DNA from: Naegleria gruberi
Taxonomy: Eukaryota
Direction: 5' to 3' (one strand)
NCBI GenBank assembly: GCA_000004985.1
Contig: GG738995.1
DNA length: 13,371 bases
Position numbers and translations under genes: made by a program. Shown piece by piece: positions 1 to 7,727 of this stretch (its first letter is position 1; every line of letters starts with the position of its first letter). The notes beneath the pieces are model-generated. The model worked only from the letters and a program-made list of their open reading frames with translations, did no database searches and was not told where the DNA came from.

Positions 1-141
1 AAACACACATGCTTTTACATCTCAACACTTGGTAGATGTGTGTTGTATTTTTTGAAAATGTTTCAACAACAATTTATTTCGCGAAAGGTTTTGTGAGCCT
101 TAAAGTGTTGTTGATGGCTTTTTAGAATCACATGTATTTAT

Positions 142-281
142 TGCATGCATGTGGTGAAGCATCATGATGATGATCTAATTGTTTGTTTGATGCATGTATC
201 AAACTTGTAATCCATTGCATGCATCTAATAACACATCCATTCAACCTTCACATGCCGAATCATCATGGTTAAACATGCATG
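142..281. promoter_or_regulatory. Cluster of TGCATG-core motifs in the 5' flank of the large + ORF, including three 8-bp perfect palindromes (TGCATGCA/CATGCATG)
   Basis: Read directly from the sequence. tgcatgcatg at 142-151, tgcatg at 191-196, tgcatgcat at 216-224, catgcatg at 274-281. That is five TGCATG hexamers in 140 bp, against an expectation of ~0.05 for this base composition. CATGCATG and TGCATGCA are each their own reverse complement. TGCAT is the reported recognition core of APSES-type fungal regulators (Efg1 / Phd1 / Sok2 class). Confidence 0.35.
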
Positions 282-676
282 TCTATCATTTGTATTCGAA
301 TGGCTAATAGTCGGGCAATGGGAAATTAGAGAACTATTATTGAGAATAATTCCACTTATTTAATACTAACCACTTATAGACTTTCTAATTTAATCATTTG
401 ATTACATAACAACTCTCGCCAAGGCTTCATGACTTTGGTTTACAACAAAAAAATCATCAACAAGCATCTACATTCAATCCAGTTATTACATTGACCTATC
501 AATCTCAAATATCAATAATAGGTATGTTGATTGAAAACAACAACACTGTATCTATTGGAATGAATGTACATTTGGCATGTTCTATAATTGGTAATCAAAC
601 TTATTAAAGAAAGTCAAATAACAGCAACAACAAGAGTGATTAATTTTATTAAAAAATAATCAAGAACACATATCCA

Positions 677-3600
677 ATGAAGAAGAACCAGAATTCCAAC
701 AACATGTCATTCATTGATGAAACTAGCAATGTTACAAAGAAAGCAAAAGTGAAAAAGAGAAATAAGGAATTGAAAATTAAACAATCGAGATTGAGAAAAC
801 CATTACAAAATGATAATTTATTGAAAAATTATTTTGAATTTGATAAGCAACAATTAACAGAAAGTGATTTGACTATTTACAAAATTATTAATNNNNNNNN
901 NNNNNNNNNNNNNNNNNNNNNNNNNNNNNNNNNNNNNNNNNNNNNNNNNNNNNNNNNNNNNNNNNNNNNNNNNNNNNNNNNNNNNNNNNNNNNNNNNNNN
1001 NNNNNNNNNNNNNNNNNNNNNNNNNNNNNNNNNNNNNNNNNNNNNNNNNNNNNNNNNNNNNNNNNNNNNNNNNNNNNNNNNNNNNNNNNNNNNNNNNNNN
1101 NNNNNNNNNNNNNNNNNNNNNNNNNNNNNNNNNNNNNNNNNNNNNNNNNNNNNNNNNNNNNNNNNNNNNNNNNNNNNNNNNNNNNNNNNNNNNNNNNNNN
1201 NNNNNNNNNNNNNNNNNNNNNNNNNNNNNNNNNNNNNNNNNNNNNNNNNNNNNNNNNNNNNNNNNNNNNNNNNNNNNNNNNNNNNNNNNNNNNNNNNNNN
1301 NNNNNNNNNNNNNNNNNNNNNNNNNNNNNNNNNNNNNNNNNNNNNNNNNNNNNNNNNNNNNNNNNNNNNNNNNNNNNNNNNNNNNNNNNNNNNNNNNNNN
1401 NNNNNNNNNNNNNNNNNNNNNNNNNNNNNNNNNNNNNNNNNNNNNNNNNNNNNNNNNNNNNNNNNNNNNNNNNNNNNNNNNNNNNNNNNNNNNNNNNNNN
1501 NNNNNNNNNNNNNNNNNNNNNNNNNNNNNNNNNNNNNNNNNNNNNNNNNNNNNNNNNNNNNNNNNNNNNNNNNNNNNNNNNNNNNNNNNNNNNNNNNNNN
1601 NNNNNNNNNNNNNNNNNNNNNNNNNNNNNNNNNNNNNNNNNNNNNNNNNNNNNNNNNNNNNNNNNNNNNNNNNNNNNNNNNNNNNNNNNNNNNNNNNNNN
1701 NNNNNNNNNNNNNNNNNNNNNNNNNNNNNNNNNNNNNNNNNNNNNNNNNNNNNNNNNNNNNNNNNNNNNNNNNNNNNNNNNNNNNNNNNNNNNNNNNNNN
1801 NNNNNNNNNNNNNNNNNNNNNNNNNNNNNNNNNNNNNNNNNNNNNNNNNNNNNNNNNNNNNNNNNNNNNNNNNNNNNNNNNNNNNNNNNNNNNNNNNNNN
1901 NNNNNNNNNNNNNNNNNNNNNNNNNNNNNNNNNNNNNNNNNNNNNNNNNNNNNNNNNNNNNNNNNNNNNNNNNNNNNNNNNNNNNNNNNNNNNNNNNNNN
2001 NNNNNNNNNNNNNNNNNNNNNNNNNNNNNNNNNNNNNNNNNNNNNNNNNNNNNNNNNNNNNNNNNNNNNNNNNNNNNNNNNNNNNNNNNNNNNNNNNNNN
2101 NNNNNNNNNNNNNNNNNNNNNNNNNNNNNNNNNNNNNNNNNNNNNNNNNNNNNNNNNNNNNNNNNNNNNNNNNNNNNNNNNNNNNNNNNNNNNNNNNNNN
2201 NNNNNNNNNNNNNNNNNNNNNNNNNNNNNNNNNNNNNNNNNNNNNNNNNNNNNNNNNNNNNNNNNNNNNNNNNNNNNNNNNNNNNNNNNNNNNNNNNNNN
2301 NNNNNNNNNNNNNNNNNNNNNNNNNNNNNNNNNNNNNNNNNNNNNNNNNNNNNNNNNNNNNNNNNNNNNNNNNNNNNNNNNNNNNNNNNNNNNNNNNNNN
2401 NNNNNNNNNNNNNNNNNNNNNNNNNNNNNNNNNNNNNNNNNNNNNNNNNNNNNNNNNNNNNNNNNNNNNNNNNNNNNNNNNNNNNNNNNNNNNNNNNNNN
2501 NNNNNNNNNNNNNNNNNNNNNNNNNNNNNNNNNNNNNNNNNNNNNNNNNNNNNNNNNNNNNNNNNNNNNNNNNNNNNNNNNNNNNNNNNNNNNNNNNNNN
2601 NNNNNNNNNNNNNNNNNNNNNNNNNNNNNNNNNNNNNNNNNNNNNNNNNNNNNNNNNNNNNNNNNNNNNNNNNNNNNNNNNNNNNNNNNNNNNNNNNNNN
2701 NNNNNNNNNNNNNNNNNNNNNNNNNNNNNNNNNNNNNNNNNNNNNNNNNNNNNNNNNNNNNNNNNNNNNNNNNNNNNNNNNNNNNNNNNNNNNNNNNNNN
2801 NNNNNNNNNNNNNNNNNNNNNNNNNNNNNNNNNNNNNNNNNNNNNNNNNNNNNNNNNNNNNNNNNNNNNNNNNNNNNNNNNNNNNNNNNNNNNNNNNNNN
2901 NNNNNNNNNNNNNNNNNNNNNNNNNNNNNNNNNNNNNNNNNNNNNNNNNNNNNNNNNNNNNNNNNNNNNNNNNNNNNNNNNNNNNNNNNNNNNNNNNNNN
3001 NNNNNNNNNNNNNNNNNNNNNNNNNNNNNNNNNNNNNNNNNNNNNNNNNNNNNNNNNNNNNNNNNNNNNNNNNNNNNNNNNNNNNNNNNNNNNNNNNNNN
3101 NNNNNNNNNNNNNNNNNNNNNNNNNNNNNNNNNNNNNNNNNNNNNNNNNNNNNNNNNNNNNNNNNNNNNNNNNNNNNNNNNNNNNNNNNNNNNNNNNNNN
3201 NNNNNNNNNNNNNNNNNNNNNNNNNNNNNNNNNNNNNNNNNNNNNNNNNNNNNNNNNNNNNNNNNNNNNNNNNNNNNNNNNNNNNNNNNNNNNNNNNNNN
3301 NNNNNNNNNNNNNNNNNNNNNNNNNNNNNNNNNNNNNNNNNNNNNNNNNNNNNNNNNNNNNNNNNNNNNNNNNNNNNNNNNNNNNNNNNNNNNNNNNNNN
3401 NNNNNNNNNNNNNNNNNNNNNNNNNNNNNNNNNNNNNNNNNNNNNNNNNNNNNNNNNNNNNNNNNNNNNNNNNNNNNNNNNNNNNNNNNNNNNNNNNNNN
3501 NNNNNNNNNNNNNNNNNNNNNNNNNNNNNNNNNNNNNNNNNNNNNNNNNNNNNNNNNNNNNNNNNNNNNNNNNNNNNNNNNNNNNNNNNNNNNNNNNNNN

Positions 3601-5476
3601 NNNNNNNNNNNNNNNNNNNNNNNNNNNNNNNNNNNNNNNNNNNNNNNNNNNNNNNNNNNNNNNNNNNNNNNNNNNNNNNNNNNNNNNNNNNNNNNNNNNN
3701 NNNNNNNNNNNNNNNNNNNNNNNNNNNNNNNNNNNNNNNNNNNNNNNNNNNNNNNNNNNNNNNNNNNNNNNNNNNNNNNNNNNNNNNNNNNNNNNNNNNN
3801 NNNNNNNNNNNNNNNNNNNNNNNNNNNNNNNNNNNNNNNNNNNNNNNNNNNNNNNNNNNNNNNNNNNNNNNNNNNNNNNNNNNNNNNNNNNNNNNNNNNN
3901 NNNNNNNNNNNNNNNNNNNNNNNNNNNNNNNNNNNNNNNNNNNNNNNNNNNNNNNNNNNNNNNNNNNNNNNNNNNNNNNNNNNNNNNNNNNNNNNNNNNN
4001 NNNNNNNNNNNNNNNNNNNNNNNNNNNNNNNNNNNNNNNNNNNNNNNNNNNNNNNNNNNNNNNNNNNNNNNNNNNNNNNNNNNNNNNNNNNNNNNNNNNN
4101 NNNNNNNNNNNNNNNNNNNNNNNNNNNNNNNNNNNNNNNNNNNNNNNNNNNNNNNNNNNNNNNNNNNNNNNNNNNNNNNNNNNNNNNNNNNNNNNNNNNN
4201 NNNNNNNNNNNNNNNNNNNNNNNNNNNNNNNNNNNNNNNNNNNNNNNNNNNNNNNNNNNNNNNNNNNNNNNNNNNNNNNNNNNNNNNNNNNNNNNNNNNN
4301 NNNNNNNNNNNNNNNNNNNNNNNNNNNNNNNNNNNNNNNNNNNNNNNNNNNNNNNNNNNNNNNNNNNNNNNNNNNNNNNNNNNNNNNNNNNNNNNNNNNN
4401 NNNNNNNNNNNNNNNNNNNNNNNNNNNNNNNNNNNNNNNNNNNNNNNNNNNNNNNNNNNNNNNNNNNNNNNNNNNNNNNNNNNNNNNNNNNNNNNNNNNN
4501 NNNNNNNNNNNNNNNNNNNNNNNNNNNNNNNNNNNNNNNNNNNNNNNNNNNNNNNNNNNNNNNNNNNNNNNNNNNNNNNNNNNNNNNNNNNNNNNNNNNN
4601 NNNNNNNNNNNNNNNNNNNNNNNNNNNNNNNNNNNNNNNNNNNNNNNNNNNNNNNNNNNNNNNNNNNNNNNNNNNNNNNNNNNNNNNNNNNNNNNNNNNN
4701 NNNNNNNNNNNNNNNNNNNNNNNNNNNNNNNNNNNNNNNNNNNNNNNNNNNNNNNNNNNNNNNNNNNNNNNNNNNNNNNNNNNNNNNNNNNNNNNNNNNN
4801 NNNNNNNNNNNNNNNNNNNNNNNNNNNNNNNNNNNNNNNNNNNNNNNNNNNNNNNNNNNNNNNNNNNNNNNNNNNNNNNNNNNNNNNNNNNNNNNNNNNN
4901 NNNNNNNNNNNNNNNNNNNNNNNNNNNNNNNNNNNNNNNNNNNNNNNNNNNNNNNNNNNNNNNNNNNNNNNNNNNNNNNNNNNNNNNNNNNNNNNNNNNN
5001 NNNNNNNNNNNNNNNNNNNNNNNNNNNNNNNNNNNNNNNNNNNNNNNNNNNNNNNNNNNNNNNNNNNNNNNNNNNNNNNNNNNNNNNNNNNNNNNNNNNN
5101 NNNNNNNNNNNNNNNNNNNNNNNNNNNNNNNNNNNNNNNNNNNNNNNNNNNNNNNNNNNNNNNNNNNNNNNNNNNNNNNNNNNNNNNNNNNNNNNNNNNN
5201 NNNNNNNNNNNNNNNNNNNNNNNNNNNNNNNNNNNNNNNNNNNNNNNNNNNNNNNNNNNNNNNNNNNNNNNNNNNNNNNNNNNNNNNNNNNNNNNNNNNN
5301 NNNNNNNNNNNNNNNNNNNNNNNNNNNNNNNNNNNNNNNNNNNNNNNNNNNNNNNNNNNNNNNNNNNNNNNNNNNNNNNNNNNNNNNNNNNNNNNNNNNN
5401 NNNNNNNNNNNNNNNNNNNNNNNNNNNNNNNNNNNNNNNNNNNNNNTCAATACTATTAAAAAACAGTTTATTCTAA
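677..5476 (+). CDS. Large + strand ORF, partially visible. Only the N-terminal 72 codons (677-892) and a putative last 10 codons (5447-5476) are readable, and the rest is N-masked. The N-terminus is Lys/Arg-rich and NLS-like (KKAKVKKRNKELKIKQSRLRKP). Product unknown.
   Basis: ATG at 677 is the first ATG after an in-frame TAA at 650-652. The frame stays open for 72 codons until the mask begins. Mask length (4554) is divisible by 3, so the track frame continues to TAA at 5474-5476, but frame continuity across the mask cannot be verified. Composition (K/N/S/Q-rich) matches the other genes here. Confidence 0.45.
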   Translation: MKKNQNSNNMSFIDETSNVTKKAKVKKRNKELKIKQSRLRKPLQNDNLLKNYFEFDKQQLTESDLTIYKIINXXXXXXXXXXXXXXXXXXXXXXXXXXXXXXXXXXXXXXXXXXXXXXXXXXXXXXXXXXXXXXXXXXXXXXXXXXXXXXXXXXXXXXXXXXXXXXXXXXXXXXXXXXXXXXXXXXXXXXXXXXXXXXXXXXXXXXXXXXXXXXXXXXXXXXXXXXXXXXXXXXXXXXXXXXXXXXXXXXXXXXXXXXXXXXXXXXXXXXXXXXXXXXXXXXXXXXXXXXXXXXXXXXXXXXXXXXXXXXXXXXXXXXXXXXXXXXXXXXXXXXXXXXXXXXXXXXXXXXXXXXXXXXXXXXXXXXXXXXXXXXXXXXXXXXXXXXXXXXXXXXXXXXXXXXXXXXXXXXXXXXXXXXXXXXXXXXXXXXXXXXXXXXXXXXXXXXXXXXXXXXXXXXXXXXXXXXXXXXXXXXXXXXXXXXXXXXXXXXXXXXXXXXXXXXXXXXXXXXXXXXXXXXXXXXXXXXXXXXXXXXXXXXXXXXXXXXXXXXXXXXXXXXXXXXXXXXXXXXXXXXXXXXXXXXXXXXXXXXXXXXXXXXXXXXXXXXXXXXXXXXXXXXXXXXXXXXXXXXXXXXXXXXXXXXXXXXXXXXXXXXXXXXXXXXXXXXXXXXXXXXXXXXXXXXXXXXXXXXXXXXXXXXXXXXXXXXXXXXXXXXXXXXXXXXXXXXXXXXXXXXXXXXXXXXXXXXXXXXXXXXXXXXXXXXXXXXXXXXXXXXXXXXXXXXXXXXXXXXXXXXXXXXXXXXXXXXXXXXXXXXXXXXXXXXXXXXXXXXXXXXXXXXXXXXXXXXXXXXXXXXXXXXXXXXXXXXXXXXXXXXXXXXXXXXXXXXXXXXXXXXXXXXXXXXXXXXXXXXXXXXXXXXXXXXXXXXXXXXXXXXXXXXXXXXXXXXXXXXXXXXXXXXXXXXXXXXXXXXXXXXXXXXXXXXXXXXXXXXXXXXXXXXXXXXXXXXXXXXXXXXXXXXXXXXXXXXXXXXXXXXXXXXXXXXXXXXXXXXXXXXXXXXXXXXXXXXXXXXXXXXXXXXXXXXXXXXXXXXXXXXXXXXXXXXXXXXXXXXXXXXXXXXXXXXXXXXXXXXXXXXXXXXXXXXXXXXXXXXXXXXXXXXXXXXXXXXXXXXXXXXXXXXXXXXXXXXXXXXXXXXXXXXXXXXXXXXXXXXXXXXXXXXXXXXXXXXXXXXXXXXXXXXXXXXXXXXXXXXXXXXXXXXXXXXXXXXXXXXXXXXXXXXXXXXXXXXXXXXXXXXXXXXXXXXXXXXXXXXXXXXXXXXXXXXXXXXXXXXXXXXXXXXXXXXXXXXXXXXXXXXXXXXXXXXXXXXXXXXXXXXXXXXXXXXXXXXXXXXXXXXXXXXXXXXXXXXXXXXXXXXXXXXXXXXXXXXXXXXXXXXXXXXXXXXXXXXXXXXXXXXXXXXXXXXXXXXXXXXXXXXXXXXXXXXXXXXXXXXXXXXXXXXXXXXXXXXXXXXXXXXXXXXXXXXXXXXXXXXXXXXXXXXXXXXXXXXXXXXXXXXXXXXXXXXXXXXXXXXXXXXXXXXXXXXXXXXXXXXSILLKNSLF
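893..5446. other. N-masked block, 4554 nt. No sequence information.
   Basis: Run of n. Length is a multiple of 3. Confidence 0.99.
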
Positions 5477-6526
5477 ATGAAATGTCCAAACTGGAAAGTG
5501 AAATTCCATTTGAGTTTGTGCTGGATTTGTATTGGCTGAATTCTTTCTCTTTTGATATTTTCTTCTTCTTTTCAAATGTTTTGGATTTGAAATTACAATA
5601 CAATTTTTGAGTGGAGTTTTGAATGTTGTTGATAATGAACTGTTATTACCAATTGAGGATACATTACTTGTAGATGATGAGGAGGATGAAATTGAGATTT
5701 TTCTCTTTTCTGATTCGAATGAAGATACATTAGAAATCTTTCTCTTTCTCTTTAGAATACGATTATCATTGAATGTATTGTTTACATTAGTTTGTTGTTG
5801 GAGTGGCATCATGGATGTTTCAATTGATGATGATGGTGGTGATTGATCCACATATTGTTGATAAGGATTCTTAATGCTCATCAGAAATTGATATGATTCT
5901 AAATTGGGTAAAAGTACCTTATCAGCAGTGTCAGTATTAGAAATGGTATTGGTCAGGCTATTTTCGTTATGGTTATTGAATGGTTGAGGAGGTGAGGTGT
6001 TAAGAGTCAGAGATAATGTTTCTGTTGGTGATAGGAACAGTTGAGTTGATGGTTGAGGTGATGGAAATACAATATGGGATTTGGATAAGTGTGGTGGAGT
6101 GTCCTTCATATCATCATCATGATCATCAATAGGATTCATAACAGTTGAGCTGATGTTAGTACATTGGATATTATTGAAGGCTGACATTTGTTGAATAGAA
6201 GGCTTGTCATTAGGCTTTCTATTAAATAATTGTTGCTTTGGATTTGTCATCATCTTTAATAATTCCCAACTCTGCATAAAATCAATAACATCAAGATTCA
6301 GACTTGGTTCAACACATTGATTGTTAATTGAGTAGTTTGAGAATGATGATGAAAATTGAGTGACCATTCCACAAAGAACATCAACTGTACAGGTATGAGC
6401 AGGAGAGGAATATTCATTTATCCAACTTGAAGTCGAGTTATTGTTCATCATAATGTTTGTTTTTTTGAGAATATTCATTGAATATTTCTTCTGCATAAAC
6501 TCCAAAGAGAATTGCATCTCGCCCAA
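5447..6526. repeat. Tandem duplication, copy 1: gene A plus 21 nt of its 3' flank
   Basis: Colinear with 6878-7727. The offset is 1431 nt at the stop codons and 1419 nt at the MQSW codon. The 3'-flank fragments also match: actattaaaaaacagtttattc vs atattattaaaaaaacaatttattc. Confidence 0.8.
5468..6517 (-). CDS. Gene A, the complete tandem paralog. 349 aa, S/T/N/Q-rich protein with a bipartite-NLS-like KRKRKISNVSSFESEKRK motif and a C-terminal basic cluster KHLKRRRKYQKRK, ending ...MEFHFPVWTFHLE. Function unknown, probably nuclear.
   Basis: Long open frame on the minus strand, with stop TAA at 5470-5468. The track's start at 6526 is TTG, and the first ATG is at 6517-6515 (MQFSLEF...). An in-frame TGA lies 4 codons upstream of the TTG. 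The protein is ~75% identical to the visible part of gene B, and every indel between them is a multiple of 3 nt. This shows the frame is under coding constraint. Confidence 0.75.
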   Translation of the reverse strand: MQFSLEFMQKKYSMNILKKTNIMMNNNSTSSWINEYSSPAHTCTVDVLCGMVTQFSSSFSNYSINNQCVEPSLNLDVIDFMQSWELLKMMTNPKQQLFNRKPNDKPSIQQMSAFNNIQCTNISSTVMNPIDDHDDDMKDTPPHLSKSHIVFPSPQPSTQLFLSPTETLSLTLNTSPPQPFNNHNENSLTNTISNTDTADKVLLPNLESYQFLMSIKNPYQQYVDQSPPSSSIETSMMPLQQQTNVNNTFNDNRILKRKRKISNVSSFESEKRKISISSSSSSTSNVSSIGNNSSLSTTFKTPLKNCIVISNPKHLKRRRKYQKRKNSANTNPAQTQMEFHFPVWTFHLE

Positions 6527-6686
6527 TTTATTCTCTCATATTTCCAATACTTGATGTACTTGAAGAATAATGTTAGTAATTGAGGTCCTTAAAAATACAA
6601 AATCCTTAAACAACTATGCTGTGGCACTCCTTCTTAATAGAATGTCAGTAAGTGTTAGGGTAAATTCTGGTTCATCGTATTTCGAA

Positions 6687-6692
6687 ATTATA
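6687..6692 (-). promoter_or_regulatory. TATAAT on the minus strand, ~170 bp upstream of gene A's ATG
   Basis: Plus-strand attata at 6687-6692. It is the only TATA-like element in the 381-bp gap between the B stop and the A start. Confidence 0.2.
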
Positions 6693-6839
6693 CAATCTCA
6701 CTATTACTTGATCATAAATTGTATATTCTTTACAGAAGTTTATTTTCACTTTCATTATTTAATTCAATAAAATTGAAAATTGAAGATGAATTTAATAAAT
6801 TATCTGCTTCTTCAAGTGGTAATGAATAATTATCTTGTT

Positions 6840-6901
6840 GAATATTAAATTATTCGGACACACAGAGAATATAAAACAAATATTATTAAAAAAACAATTT
6901 A
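6840..6901 (-). terminator. Putative 3'-end formation signals of gene B
   Basis: Minus-strand sense reads ...TTTCATTTAGAATAAATTGTTTTTTTAATAATATTTGTTTTATATTCTCTGTG. AATAAA overlaps the stop codon and is followed by a TTTTATAT (TATATA-type) efficiency-like element. This is the yeast-type poly(A) signal pattern. Confidence 0.3.
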
Positions 6902-7727
6902 TTCTAAATGAAAAGTCCAAACTGGAAAGTGAAATTCCATTTGAGTTTGAGCAGGATTTGTATTGGCTGAATTCTTTCTCTTTTGATATTTTCTTCTTCT
7001 TTTCAAATGTTTTGGATTTGAAATTACAATACAATTATTGAATGATTGTTGTGAGTGTACATTTGTTGATAATGAACTATTATTACCAATTGAGGATGAA
7101 TTACTTGAACATGTTGTAGGTGGTGTGGTGGATGAAATTGAGGTTTTTCTCTTTTCTGATTCGAATGAAGATACATTAGAAATCTTTCTCTTTCTCTTTA
7201 GAATACGATTATCATCCTTCTTGTTGAATGTATTGTTTACATTAGTTTGTTGTTGGAGTGACATCATGGATATATCATTTGATGGTGGTGGTGATTGATC
7301 ATAATGTTCATGATAAGGATTCTTGGGAAATTGATATGATTCTAAATTGGTTAAAAGTACCTTATCAGCAGTGTCAGTATTAGAAATGGTATTGGCCAGC
7401 CTATTTTCAATAGCATTAGCATTGAATGGTTGCTGATGAGGAGATGGTGATGTGTTAAGTGTCAGAAGAGATAATGTCTCAGTTGATGATGGTAATACAA
7501 TATGGCATGTGGATGAGTGTGATGGAGTGCACTTAATATCAGCATCAATAGAATTCATAACAGTTGAGGTGATTTTAGTACATTGGATATTATTGAAGGC
7601 TGACATTTGTTGAATAGAAGGCTTGTCAAAAGGCTTTCTATTAAATAATTGTTGCTTTGGAGTTGTCATCATCTTTAATAATTCCCAACTCTGCATAAAC
7701 TCAATAACATCAAGATTTAGACTGTCA
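6878..7727. repeat. Tandem duplication, copy 2: visible part of gene B plus its 3' flank. Continues into mask 2.
   Basis: Same alignment as copy 1. Confidence 0.8.
6899..7727 (-). CDS. Gene B, the tandem paralog of gene A. The C-terminal 276 codons are visible and the 5' end runs into mask 2. Same architecture as A: conserved FMQSWELLKMMT.PKQQLFNRKP block, ANTISNTDTADKVLL block, KRKRK-X10-KRK, and an identical 45-aa C-terminus.
   Basis: Stop TAA at 6901-6899. The frame is open all the way to the mask edge (…DSLNLDVIEFMQSWELLK…). It is codon-colinear with gene A, with in-frame indels only. The track's start at 7696 is merely the first visible ATG. Homology to A residues 70-83 continues upstream of it. 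Confidence 0.7.

Noticed and set aside
888-5603. 1571-aa minus-strand ORF in the supplied track
   Set aside because: It starts at a TTG and is 'open' only because N runs translate to X with no stops. The visible parts (MYCNFKSKTFEKKKKISKEKEF…) are low-complexity antisense of the A/B C-terminal coding block. The same 80-aa fragment reappears at 6792-7034 for the same reason.
5607-5846. 79-aa + ORF, and its paralogous 86-aa + ORF at 7038-7298
   Set aside because: Both start at TTG. They are antisense mirrors of the K/R/S/E-rich sense sequence (AGA/AAG/GAA antisense gives TCT/CTT/TTC, hence the FLFLFRIRLS strings). They are conserved between the copies only because the sense strand is conserved.
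6559-6578. 5'-UTR intron for gene A, from the minus-strand TACTAAC-AAG
   Set aside because: No canonical donor (GTATGT, GTAAGT or GTACGT) is present on the minus strand anywhere between 6578 and 6900. Kept only as a low-interest note.
6570-6770. 66-aa ATG-initiated + ORF in the spacer between genes B and A
   Set aside because: The size is within chance expectation for this composition. I estimate ~4-5 ORFs of at least 60 codons by chance in the readable sequence. There is no paralogous copy and no supporting signals. The 6835-7041 + ORF is the same kind: an F-rich translation across B's stop region.
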